From Lachnospiraceae bacterium (GTDB taxonomy: Bacteria; Bacillota; Clostridia; Lachnospirales; Lachnospiraceae): a DNA stretch of 64,000 nucleotides. This document shows, piece after piece, positions 47,401-56,112 of this stretch (within the stretch, counting starts at the first letter, position 1; every line of letters starts with the position of its first letter). The translations under genes and the position numbers were made by a program. The DNA is taken from NCBI GenBank assembly GCA_017634065.1, contig JAGBOC010000011.1, positions 60,412 to 124,411 of the forward strand, written 5' to 3'. Under the pieces are notes generated by a model. That model was not told the origin of the DNA and ran no database searches. It worked only from the letters and a program-made list of their open reading frames with translations.

Positions 47401-49389
47401 CAAATCTCAAAGACAGGTTATGATTTTGCTGGATGGTATGAGAGCTCAGATTATTCTGGCTCTGCCATTGACCATATTGGACCAAATGTTGCAGCTCATA
47501 AAGTTATTTATGCTAAGTGGAATGAGAAAACATACAGTGTAACTTATAAAGATTATGATGGAACAGCTCTTACATCTTCTAATTGGAAGCCTGGGTATAC
47601 AGCTCCTACAAGTAGAAGATATACTGAAAGTCTTGCACTACCAGGTGAGTTTAATGTTGTAAAGGCAAATCACTTCTTTTTAGGATGGTTTAAAGAAGGA
47701 GATACAACTGAACACATTGTCACAAGTATTGGCGCGAATGTAGCAGAAGATTTAATTTATAGGGCAAAATGGGATAGTGCTTGGACAGTGACATTTGATT
47801 ATCAAATAGGAAGTATAGCAAATGTAAATGAATTAGTCAGAAATGGATATAAAGTTGGGAAACCAAATGACCCAACATCTGCGAATAGAAGATTTGCTGG
47901 TTGGTATAAAACATATAATGCAAGTGCTGCAACTATAGATGAAAAGTATTTAGACCCATATGATTTTAATATAGAAACTGTGACAGAAGATATTACACTC
48001 TATGCGAAGTGGATAGAAGATGTAACTTATGAAGTGAGATTTAACTTGACAAGTGGAGATGTGCACCCAAGTACAAGTCAGGTGGAAGAAATACCAAGTG
48101 AGTTTGTTGTTGAAGGAAATAAGGCAACTGCACCTACTACTCCAGTTTCAAATGGATATGTATTTAGAGGTTGGTTTACAAGTGACACATTTACTACAGT
48201 ATATAACTTCAATACCACTATCACAGAGCAAACTACAATTTATGCTAAATGGGAATTAGTTACTAACTCGATAAGATATTATTTGAATAATGGATTATGG
48301 GCGACAAGTTATACTCCACCAACTGAATGGAATATAACAACAGAAAATACAGTGAACCTTCCAACAGGTACAAATATAACAAGAAATCATTATATTTTTA
48401 ACGGCTGGTACAGGACAAGTGATTTTTCAGGGAATCCTGTTTCATCACTAGTAGGAATAAACTCAAATATAAGTCTCTATGCAAAGTGGACTCTTGACAC
48501 TACTCTTGGAGATTATCATACTATTAACTTTGTAGCTAATGGTGGAAGTGGCACGATGGAAACTCAATATGCTCTTGAAGGCGAAGACACTCAACTTTAT
48601 GCTAATACATTTACAAGATCAGGTTATTCATTTAATAGATGGAGAACAACTGATAATAGATATTATGGAAATGCTACATTTATAGGAAATGTGACAGAAG
48701 ATTTAGTTTTGTACGCAGAATGGACTCAAAATGTTACACCTACTCCTACACCAAACCGCAGACGTACAGGTGGAGGTGGCGGTGGAGGTGGTGGAGGCGG
48801 AGGTGGCGGTGGAGGAGGTGGTGGTATACCAGCAGGAAATCTTCCAACGACACTACCAAATGGTACTCCTCTTATGCAAAGCACTGAACCAGTTACTACT
48901 GTCACTGCTTCAGGTGTAGCAGAAACTGTGTCAGTAGATGCTACAACTGGTGTGTCAACTTTGACAGTAAGTATTAGTTTTACAAACACAGCAGTAGTAA
49001 ACGACACAAGTAATTCAAACTGGGTAGCAGATGCAACTGGAAAATGGCATTTGCAAGTTACAAATACACTTGGACAGGCTATTGAACCAATAGATACTTG
49101 GGCTTGTATAAACTCAAATGTAGTAAATAATCTCGGTCAGACGCAGGTAGTTTCTGATTTCTATTTCTTTAATGGAAAAGGAGAAATGGTAACTGGATGG
49201 TTAAGTGATGCCACTGGTAAAACATATTTCTTGGAAACATCTGCCACAAGTGAACAGGGTAAGATGTCAAGGGGATGGAAGGAAATTTCTGGAAAGTATT
49301 ATTTCTTTAATAATGATGGAACATTGATGAAGGGTGGAGTAACGCCTGATGGTTATGTTGTAGATGCAAATGGCATTTGGCAAAATTAA
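44422..49389 (+). CDS. Giant secreted surface protein: acidic repeats, C1 (papain-like) cysteine peptidase, ~10 Listeria-Bacteroides (Flg_new) repeats, poly-Gly, cell-wall-binding repeats
   Basis: Signal peptide. 'QGGFGTCWAFS' (Cys codon 45217-45219), 'NHAILVVGWND', 'NSWG'. Repeated 'TGY.F.GWY......I.....I....LYAKW' units. G19 (48769-48825). C-terminal 'GW......YFF..DG.M..G' repeats. Confidence 0.85.
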   Translation: MVFRVKKVFAILLCMTMVFSSTLPHFANDDLAIELENVAQSETTVSETESDSDNYENNNLESGIEAESDTEAESGTEAESDTETESDTETESDTETESDTETESDTETESDTETKSDTETESGSVTESATESSTDLEASSTGETNNSEKTIVDEEKIATDSEMELNESPSYDEMNVATYSEIIDAFETENVATVSEINAVDYEIQGLGFIRPDFTSPVVQELPLRRGIRLFGTSDPGASYDPRSETLSSGLSRLPAVRNQGGFGTCWAFSTLGMFETYLRLHNLVSTEEDSNLSEAALTYFMQYGLYEKEVTKNGSSNIDKPGVEGFDYSYINNRSRLGQIGGNQAMGLLTMSSYIGAVKEDTNSSYNRMSNIAANPSSLDGSYAFNKNSFVLKNALFLNKTNRNMIKQAILDNGSVGISYFAGRATPTDGEDEDASYVHTANGEYYYYTDKTSAQANHAILVVGWNDDIPKENFYVGGSNYAASSTKAASNGGWLCRNSWGGSGNGTNGYFWMSYEEPSLDDNVYTVEAMSADTYEYNYHYDTTACTSAYAHSVEDMPMYYANIFKVSDDIDQKLDAVSVAFNSADVEFDILVYTKDTAMTNPTDGVKKFEESYTRQSAGIYTIELSSSVTLRKGTYFSVIFKAKNTSTNYGSMNKTIFMFCDESSTGTYSFVNAASAGQSFYGYVSGSNFVWDDVNSSEHPNWPSGYDLNVSSNGKGRNYRIKALTNAYPTVTVSFAEDAGAVATKEQRVGIGLETKLDENTFTKTGYKFKRWNDGSDTYYNDCANITTDIDITLYAEWEPITYNITYDLDGGTLPSEALNPLPMTYDSPVTLPTPTKTGYDFDNWYSDETTVYDGTDNLSTTDGSSVTIKAKWNEHEYTITLHENNGTYASDYDVPSSRLYTASSTLPTSANITRVGYTFDGWYENEELTGTRVTSILARTASNKEYWLKWNENTYTITYNENGGSYASGYTTRPTSRTYTDTASLPNETQISKTGYDFAGWYESSDYSGSAIDHIGPNVAAHKVIYAKWNEKTYSVTYKDYDGTALTSSNWKPGYTAPTSRRYTESLALPGEFNVVKANHFFLGWFKEGDTTEHIVTSIGANVAEDLIYRAKWDSAWTVTFDYQIGSIANVNELVRNGYKVGKPNDPTSANRRFAGWYKTYNASAATIDEKYLDPYDFNIETVTEDITLYAKWIEDVTYEVRFNLTSGDVHPSTSQVEEIPSEFVVEGNKATAPTTPVSNGYVFRGWFTSDTFTTVYNFNTTITEQTTIYAKWELVTNSIRYYLNNGLWATSYTPPTEWNITTENTVNLPTGTNITRNHYIFNGWYRTSDFSGNPVSSLVGINSNISLYAKWTLDTTLGDYHTINFVANGGSGTMETQYALEGEDTQLYANTFTRSGYSFNRWRTTDNRYYGNATFIGNVTEDLVLYAEWTQNVTPTPTPNRRRTGGGGGGGGGGGGGGGGGGGIPAGNLPTTLPNGTPLMQSTEPVTTVTASGVAETVSVDATTGVSTLTVSISFTNTAVVNDTSNSNWVADATGKWHLQVTNTLGQAIEPIDTWACINSNVVNNLGQTQVVSDFYFFNGKGEMVTGWLSDATGKTYFLETSATSEQGKMSRGWKEISGKYYFFNNDGTLMKGGVTPDGYVVDANGIWQN
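44605..44787 (+). repeat. Tandem 18-nt coding repeats (ESDTET)n
   Basis: 'gaaacagagagtgatact'-type units encoding 'ESDTETESDTET...' (aa 62-122). Confidence 0.9.
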
Positions 49390-49440
49390 TTAAGAATAAT
49401 AATTCATATAATATACACAATTTGTGTCTATAATTGTCAT

Positions 49441-50013
49441 ATGAAAAGAAAACAAAAAAGATTCATAGTTATCACATGTTTATTTCTAGCATCTATTATA
49501 AATACCTTATATGCAAGTGAGATAATAGATAAGAAAGGTAGAATCGTTGAAGAGATTATAAAACCTACTGCAGAAAAAGTAATTGATGAAAACACTATTT
49601 CAGATGCGATTAGGAGAGTGCCTAATTTATCAGCTGATTACAATGGGGATACTTCAAATAAATACGCTGGACCGAGTAAAAACATTTTCTCTGAACATAC
49701 CTTATATTCTGAAAAAGAAAATGCAAATGATAGGGAATGGACACTCATACGACACACTCCATCTATAACTGATCTTTCTGAAGAAAAGTATATCTTAAAT
49801 GAAGATGATGCAAATGACAGAATAAGGATTATGCTTATTACTCCAAATGGGATGATAGAAGGGAAAGATGGATTTTTCAAGATAGAGGATAAGATATATT
49901 ATTTTGATGAAAAAGGGCTGATGGTTTTAGGACCTTGTTATGATACTATTGGAAATTATTATTTTTTCTCATATGATACAGGGGAATTAATTGAAGAAGT
50001 AAAAGTGAGATAA
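49441..50013 (+). CDS. Secreted protein with C-terminal cell-wall-binding repeats
   Basis: Signal peptide 'FIVITCLFLASIINTLYA'. C-terminal 'GFFKIEDKIYYFDEKGLMV.G......NYYFFS.DTGEL'. Confidence 0.6.
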   Translation: MKRKQKRFIVITCLFLASIINTLYASEIIDKKGRIVEEIIKPTAEKVIDENTISDAIRRVPNLSADYNGDTSNKYAGPSKNIFSEHTLYSEKENANDREWTLIRHTPSITDLSEEKYILNEDDANDRIRIMLITPNGMIEGKDGFFKIEDKIYYFDEKGLMVLGPCYDTIGNYYFFSYDTGELIEEVKVR

Positions 50014-50016
50014 ATA

Positions 50017-50040
50017 TAGGGGCGATTATCGCCCCTTTTT
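50017..50040. terminator. Bidirectional terminator between convergent genes
   Basis: 'aggggcga-tta-tcgcccct' followed by T-run. Confidence 0.8.
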
Positions 50041-51966
50041 TTATGCTTTTTCTATATCTATAGAATTAAATGGTATCTTATTGTGTGATAGTAAAGCTCT
50101 TTCTCTTGTGTGACAAGAAAATATTATTATCTGTGTATGGACATTTTGAGACAGATACTTAAGTGTTGATTCCAATCTTTCATTGTCATACATTGCAAAG
50201 CAATCATCAAAGAGTAAAGGTAAACTTTCTTTATTAGAACATACTATGTCAGATATAGCAAGTCTTAATGCAAGATAGATCTGATCCATAGTTCCAGTAC
50301 TTATCTTGTCAAGATCTATAACCCTATCTTGATAATTGATAGTGACATTTAAGGCATTATCAACATTTAGACTATTATATTTATGATTAGTCAGTGCTTC
50401 TATATATCTGCTTACAGATTTATTGAGGTGAGTTCCAAACATCACTTGAATCTCACTTGAAAGGCTTGTTAGAGTTTCAATAGCAAGATCTATGCTATCA
50501 ATTTCTTTTTTTATCTGGTCATTACTACTTATTTCTTGTTTAAGTTTCTCGCTCTCATCTTTAAGTGCATATAATTCATTATACTTTTGCTCAACATCAT
50601 ACTGGATTCGTTGTTGAGATTTAATTGTGTCTGAATATTCTGCCTGATTCTTTAGTAGTATGTTATTTTCTTCTGTAAGTAGTGCAATTCTTGCCTCAGC
50701 ATCATCTATTGATTTAGCAAGTTTCTTCATAGAACTTAAATGCTTCTTAAATAGTAGCATATTTTCTTCTGAAACTTCATCATCATTTATGTGTTGAGTA
50801 AATATATCAGAAATTATGTTTTTAATTTCTTTTGATTTATTTATGTTTTGATAATTGTTAAATAAGATAAGTATGTTACCTATGATAAGTATTATACCAA
50901 TACATAAGAATAGTGCGATAAGTATGATTGGATGAAATGGGAGATTAACTACAAATCTTGTGATTGATATGAGAGAATACTTTGCATCATTTACATTAAG
51001 GATAGTAGCTACATCTGGGTAAGTGACAACTAAAAACAAGAAACTTAATACTATGAGTAGTATCCCAAGGATTATGAGAGATGCATTTGCAATTATTTTA
51101 TAGAATTGATTGTTGCCATTCATAAATGGCTTATAATCAAAGAATATTTTATTGGTCTGAACTGAAAGTGTCTCTATATCATCATTTGATGTGAAACCAT
51201 AGTTTTCAAGAATGATTTTCTTTTCAACATTTCCCTGCTTTAAGTTTTCAAGTTCTTCATTGTTTGATTCTAGTTTTTGTGATTCACTTGTTTTTTTCTT
51301 TAGTATTTCAGGTAACTTATTTTCATAGTTTTTATTTAGTAACTCTTTCTCAATATTTCTAATATCGCCTAATTGCTTATTGTATCTCATAGAGACATCT
51401 GATTTTAGGTTGACTTGAAGAGCATCTTTTCTTTGCTTTAAGAAATTAATAGCAGAAAGAGTATTAATTGACATATCGCCAGATGTATTTAGATTAGATA
51501 TGAACTTCTTTAGTTCATCGACAATTGTTTTGTCCTGTGCTGATTTAAGCTGACCTATACTAATGGTATTGTCGAAAGAGTCAATAGAAAGATTATTTAA
51601 GACTCTATGTAAAAACATTTCTGGATTATTTATGAGTTTACCTTTTTTATTTATCTCGCGTATCTCAAGGATAGGATTTTTCTCATCAAAGACTCTATAT
51701 ATCTGGTATTCATTATTCTTATATGTGAAGCATAAAGTTCCTTCATATTTTTGTCTGCTGTCCCAAGGTTTGTATTTTGTATATATATCAGTTTGTACTT
51801 TGCTTTTTTTCTTTTTGATACCAAAGAGCATTGATTTAACGAATGTATGAGTGGTACTTTTACCAGTTTCATTATTTCCATACACAACATTAATGCCATC
51901 AGTGAAATTGATGGACTTATTAGCAAACTTACCATATCCGTTTATGTTTATACTTGTGATTTTCAT
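50041..51966 (-). CDS. SbcC/Rad50-like AAA ATPase (YhaN-like) with an internal pair of TM helices
   Basis: Walker A 'GNNETGKST', signature/Walker B region 'STGTMDQIYLALRLA...LPLLFDDCFAMYD', coiled-coil arms. Hydrophobic pair encoded at about 50860-51100. Confidence 0.75.
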   Translation of the reverse strand: MKITSININGYGKFANKSINFTDGINVVYGNNETGKSTTHTFVKSMLFGIKKKKSKVQTDIYTKYKPWDSRQKYEGTLCFTYKNNEYQIYRVFDEKNPILEIREINKKGKLINNPEMFLHRVLNNLSIDSFDNTISIGQLKSAQDKTIVDELKKFISNLNTSGDMSINTLSAINFLKQRKDALQVNLKSDVSMRYNKQLGDIRNIEKELLNKNYENKLPEILKKKTSESQKLESNNEELENLKQGNVEKKIILENYGFTSNDDIETLSVQTNKIFFDYKPFMNGNNQFYKIIANASLIILGILLIVLSFLFLVVTYPDVATILNVNDAKYSLISITRFVVNLPFHPIILIALFLCIGIILIIGNILILFNNYQNINKSKEIKNIISDIFTQHINDDEVSEENMLLFKKHLSSMKKLAKSIDDAEARIALLTEENNILLKNQAEYSDTIKSQQRIQYDVEQKYNELYALKDESEKLKQEISSNDQIKKEIDSIDLAIETLTSLSSEIQVMFGTHLNKSVSRYIEALTNHKYNSLNVDNALNVTINYQDRVIDLDKISTGTMDQIYLALRLAISDIVCSNKESLPLLFDDCFAMYDNERLESTLKYLSQNVHTQIIIFSCHTRERALLSHNKIPFNSIDIEKA

Positions 51967-53045
51967 TACAATTCGTTTTTCTCGCTTGTCTTTATAAGAG
52001 CATGTGTACCAAGATAAAGTGCTCTTTTCTCTATATCTGATAATTCAGTATTATTTGTGGTCATTTTTCTAATGAATGCACCTATCATATCTTGTGGATG
52101 CTCACTTGAAAGTTTTACAAAATCATACTTTGGTGTTGTATTATCAATAATATCAGAAATCCTGATTTTTTGGCTAAACATTTCCCTGGTTATCTCAAGG
52201 TCAGGATTTCTTAAACCTGTTATTTTAACTTTAAATATATTTTGTGCACCGAGTTTTATGACATCTCTTATTACAATTTCAACTATATCTTCTTCCGTGG
52301 TAGAGCCATTAATTTTAATATTAAGTGGCACATAAGCTACCTTTGCTATTTTTTCAAATCTAATATTTTGTACTCGTCTTGTGCTATCATTTATCTCGCC
52401 TATTATGATTCCATGGTCTCCTGCAGAACTTGAATCAAGTGGCTCTGGACTCCCAGGGTAATAGGCTTTATTTTCGATAAGCGTCTCGAAATTATGCATT
52501 GAACCAAGTGCAATATATGAGAAGTTTTTATTTTCGAGTTTACTTATGCTAAAAGGAGAGTGGTTTGCATCGCCACCATAAGCAATCAGTATATGGATGT
52601 TTTTGTCATCATCAGGGGTGATAGAGTTTATAATTGGTGCCTGATCTTCAAGTGAGTAATATGAAAACCCATGTATGATATAAGTTTTATTTAATACCTT
52701 AAATGAATACTCGGTCTTGTCTAAAAAATAATATACATTATCAGCGAAATGGTAGTTTAAGATAGGAGAGTTTGACTTGATATGGTCATAGCTACCAGCT
52801 ATAACTACAACTTGAGTCTTTGGGATTGATTTAAATAAGTTATTGATATAGTCAAGTTCTTCAGTAAGTGGTTGGTGATTAAAAAGATCACCTGAAATGA
52901 GAAGAAGATCAGCATCTTCTTCATTACATTTTGCAATGACATTAGCGAATGTTTCTTTTATGTCATTTGCTCTATCTGCTGACCAAAACATCGTTGGGTC
53001 AGGAGACATTCCTATGTGTATGTCAGATGTATGAATAAACTTCAT
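51966..53045 (-). CDS. SbcD/Mre11-like metallophosphoesterase (YhaO-like)
   Basis: 'MKFIHTSDIHIG', 'ISGDLFN'. Start set at the internal ATG 53045 so it does not overlap asnS. Confidence 0.8.
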   Translation of the reverse strand: MKFIHTSDIHIGMSPDPTMFWSADRANDIKETFANVIAKCNEEDADLLLISGDLFNHQPLTEELDYINNLFKSIPKTQVVVIAGSYDHIKSNSPILNYHFADNVYYFLDKTEYSFKVLNKTYIIHGFSYYSLEDQAPIINSITPDDDKNIHILIAYGGDANHSPFSISKLENKNFSYIALGSMHNFETLIENKAYYPGSPEPLDSSSAGDHGIIIGEINDSTRRVQNIRFEKIAKVAYVPLNIKINGSTTEEDIVEIVIRDVIKLGAQNIFKVKITGLRNPDLEITREMFSQKIRISDIIDNTTPKYDFVKLSSEHPQDMIGAFIRKMTTNNTELSDIEKRALYLGTHALIKTSEKNEL

Positions 53046-53046
53046 A

Positions 53047-54441
53047 TTAGATATCGCAGTTACCAACTGTTCTTGGATATGGGATAGCATCACGAATGTT
53101 TTGGATTCCAGTTACATACATAACAAGTCTCTCAAATCCGAGACCAAATCCAGAGTGAACTGTTGACCCATATTTTCGTAAATCAAGGTAGAAATCATAG
53201 TCATCAAGATTTAAGTTTTGATCTTTCATTTTTTGTACCAATATATCATAATTGTCTTCTCTTTGTGAACCGCCAATAATCTCACCAATACCAGGTACAA
53301 GACAGTCAACTGCAGCAACTGTCTTCCCATCAGGATCAAGTTTCATATAGAAAGCCTTTATTTCTTTTGGATAATGAGTAACGAATACTGGTTTCTTAAA
53401 TATTACTTCAGTTAAATACTTTTCATGTTCAGTTTGTAAGTCTGCTCCCCACGAAACTTTATACTCAAACTTATCATTATGCTTCTCAAGTTCTTTTACT
53501 GCATCAGTGTATGTTATTACACCAAATTCAGAGTTTACTACATGATTAAGTCTATCAATTAATTCATTATCAAATTGTTTATTGCAGAACTCAAGTTCTT
53601 CTTTTGCATTATCAAGGACATATTTTATAACATATTTTAACATTCTTTCAGCTATGTCCATATTTCCTTCTAGATCAGTAAATGCCATTTCAGGTTCTAT
53701 CATCCAAAACTCTGCGGCATGTCGAGCAGTGTTAGAGTTTTCAGCTCTAAAAGTTGGACCAAAGGTGTAGATATTCTTAAATGCTTGGGCAAATGTCTCA
53801 CCATAAAGTTGTCCGCTCACAGTAAGGTTTGTAGGTTTGTTAAAAAAGTCTTTAGTGAAATCTACATTTCCATTTTCATCTTTAGGAATATTTTTCAAAT
53901 CAAGAGTAGAAACTTGAAACATCTCACCAGCACCTTCGCAGTCAGAACCTGTGATGATTGGTGTGTGAACATATATAAAATCATTTTTTTGAAAGAAATC
54001 GTGAATTGCATAAGCAAGAAGCGAACGTACTCTAAATACTGCTTGGAAAGTATTAGTTCTTGGTCTTAAATGATTGATAGTTCTTAAGAACTCTAATGTG
54101 TGCTTTTTTGGCTGAATTGGATAGCTTTCATCACATTGACCTTCAACAATTATTGATTCAGCATGTAACTCAAACTTCTGTTTTGCATCAGGGGTTGATA
54201 CAAGAGTTCCGACAATTCGAAGTGCACAGCCAACATTTAGCTTTGCAACTTCACTGAAATTAGACATTTTTTCATCATAGACAACTTGAAGTTGGCTAAA
54301 TATCGTTCCATCACTTAACATTATAAATCCAAAAGTCTTGGAATCCCTATTTGTTCTTATCCACCCAGTCACAGTAATCTTTTTGTCAATATATTTGTCA
54401 CTTTCAGTAAATAAAGTTCTTAAACTGATTGATTTTTCCAT
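53047..54441 (-). CDS. asnS: Asparaginyl-tRNA synthetase
   Basis: Class IIb: OB-fold N-terminus, '[16 protein letters not shown]', 'GG.QRE', 'GFGLGFERL'. 464 aa. Confidence 0.95.
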   Translation of the reverse strand: MEKSISLRTLFTESDKYIDKKITVTGWIRTNRDSKTFGFIMLSDGTIFSQLQVVYDEKMSNFSEVAKLNVGCALRIVGTLVSTPDAKQKFELHAESIIVEGQCDESYPIQPKKHTLEFLRTINHLRPRTNTFQAVFRVRSLLAYAIHDFFQKNDFIYVHTPIITGSDCEGAGEMFQVSTLDLKNIPKDENGNVDFTKDFFNKPTNLTVSGQLYGETFAQAFKNIYTFGPTFRAENSNTARHAAEFWMIEPEMAFTDLEGNMDIAERMLKYVIKYVLDNAKEELEFCNKQFDNELIDRLNHVVNSEFGVITYTDAVKELEKHNDKFEYKVSWGADLQTEHEKYLTEVIFKKPVFVTHYPKEIKAFYMKLDPDGKTVAAVDCLVPGIGEIIGGSQREDNYDILVQKMKDQNLNLDDYDFYLDLRKYGSTVHSGFGLGFERLVMYVTGIQNIRDAIPYPRTVGNCDI

Positions 54442-54506
54442 AAAAACACCTCAAAAAACGAATTATAACATAACATTTAATTATATATTATAGATGAATA
54501 TTTAGC

Positions 54507-54638
54507 AACCCCCTATGCCAACCCCCTAACTTTCATAACTTGTAGGTGGTTGGTACTGGGGAGGTGAGCATTGCGAACCCGAGTTGTAGGGAAGGAACTT
54601 TACTAGCACGTAAAAAATAGGTCGTTAGATATGGATAT
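54507..54638 (+). repeat. Conserved 5' cassette (copy A): C-rich/G-rich long hairpin plus partial GTAG-type element upstream of a secreted-paralogue gene
   Basis: 'aaccccctatgccaaccccctaac...cttgtaggtggttggtactggggaggtgagcattgcgaaccc...aaataggtcgt'. Re-occurs at 60733-60999. Confidence 0.8.
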
Positions 54639-56093
54639 ATGAGAAAGAGCACAAAAATGGTGAAAAAGCTACTGGCTTTATTTTTAGTTGTGCTCATAAG
54701 TATAGAGAGTTTTGGGGCGGTGGTTTCTGACAATGATGGGTCAGCCTTCATAACAAAGGCAGAGTTTGATAGTTTGAAAAATGAGTTTCAGAGTCAACTT
54801 GATAATTATAATACAACAATAGATGCTAAATTAGATGAGGCGATATCATCATACCTAGCAGGTATCAAAGTGAAAAACTCTCTGGAATTAGAAAGTATTA
54901 TTAATAAAATCAATGGGAGTACTAAATACGATAAAGGCTGGTTCCCTATGTGCAAAACATTTAGTCCCATTACAACAAAAAAGCCCGTTAATGGACAACT
55001 TGCTTTAAATGTAGTGGGTAATGGCGGTGGTGGAGGGGCAGCGAACAATGGGTGGAGAAGTAGTTTTAGTTTTAGTTTGAATTTAAATCATAGTAATGCA
55101 CTTGTTCGTGATACATTATATTACATTGACATTCCATCAACAAAAACTGATGGTGTTTATTATGTATATAAAAAGAATAGGAATGGTAATTTTAAAATGT
55201 ATGATGGTAAATATGTAACCATGAGTTATAAAGAATTGTTTACAGGTGTGCAATTTGGATATGGTAAAATTTGGAATTTCACTGGTTCAGTAATCCCTAC
55301 TTGGACAGTTGGCGTGATGGCGAATTCAAGTTCAATATGGACACCAATGTCAACAACAGTGAATTATACAATAATGAACTGGAATGACGCTGGGACTGAA
55401 ATAGCAACACCATATGATAGAGCTGTCACTTGTCTGTGGGTGCCATCATTTGATGCAACTGATGTAAGTCAAGTTTGGCCAGTTATGGGTTCTTGCGATA
55501 GCTCTGCTAATCTTATAGCTTTAGATACTGAAAACTACACTACCATGACATTGAGCAATACTAAATCAACATTTAAAAGCGGTTTTAAAGGTCTTGCTTT
55601 TACACATTTAAATGGTGCAGATAAAACTAACACAACGAACAATGGAGCACTTGGTAGTGATTTCGAATTTTATTATAATTATCATCCATATGAAGAAATT
55701 GCAATGTCAGATTTAGCTATTACGGAAATAGCAGATGTATTAGATAATAAAAAGTTTCCATTTTATAGTGGACTACCAATTTGCAAAATTGCAGATGATG
55801 GAATTGTTACAATTGAATTAGAGTTTCATAGTGAAAGTGGTAATGACATAAAATATGCAATACGAGCTGATGCATTTCAAAATGATGCAAGTTATGTTAG
55901 TGATACAGCATTAAACATTAGAAAAATGGATGAAACTCCAATTACAAGTTATGAGATAAGTAATAATTCAACTTTAAAACTCAAATTAAATGTAAAAAAA
56001 GGGACAGTGCTGTGGATTAAAACGTGCGATGCAAATAGTGACACTGGATATACAGGAGTTAAAACAATTTCAATAAGTGAAGAGTTTACATAA
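54639..56093 (+). CDS. Secreted paralogue family protein, type A, copy 1
   Basis: Signal peptide then conserved mature N-terminus 'VVSDNDGSAFITKAEFDSLKNEFQSQLDNYN..ID.K.D.AISSYLAGIKV'. Alternative start at ATG 54657. Confidence 0.75.
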   Translation: MRKSTKMVKKLLALFLVVLISIESFGAVVSDNDGSAFITKAEFDSLKNEFQSQLDNYNTTIDAKLDEAISSYLAGIKVKNSLELESIINKINGSTKYDKGWFPMCKTFSPITTKKPVNGQLALNVVGNGGGGGAANNGWRSSFSFSLNLNHSNALVRDTLYYIDIPSTKTDGVYYVYKKNRNGNFKMYDGKYVTMSYKELFTGVQFGYGKIWNFTGSVIPTWTVGVMANSSSIWTPMSTTVNYTIMNWNDAGTEIATPYDRAVTCLWVPSFDATDVSQVWPVMGSCDSSANLIALDTENYTTMTLSNTKSTFKSGFKGLAFTHLNGADKTNTTNNGALGSDFEFYYNYHPYEEIAMSDLAITEIADVLDNKKFPFYSGLPICKIADDGIVTIELEFHSESGNDIKYAIRADAFQNDASYVSDTALNIRKMDETPITSYEISNNSTLKLKLNVKKGTVLWIKTCDANSDTGYTGVKTISISEEFT

Positions 56094-56112
56094 GGAAAGG
56101 GAAATACCAGAT

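Noticed and set aside
47285-48259. Alternate-frame + strand ORFs (47285..47542, 48053..48259, 48731..48919) inside the giant surface-protein gene.
   Set aside because: They are short, lack RBSs, and are embedded in a long, domain-coherent reading frame.
48769-48825. The poly-glycine tract as a slipped-strand phase-variation site.
   Set aside because: It is encoded by mixed GGT/GGA/GGC codons rather than a homopolymer. It is in frame within a continuous 1,655-aa ORF. Length variation is possible, but frameshifting on/off switching is unlikely.
54442-54540. T-box leader for asnS (- strand). 'ggtggttggtac' on the + strand superficially resembles the T-box GGTGGTACC.
   Set aside because: The motif is on the wrong strand for asnS. 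The asnS 5' region is under 100 nt, with no specifier or antiterminator architecture. The motif belongs to the conserved cassette repeated at 60769.
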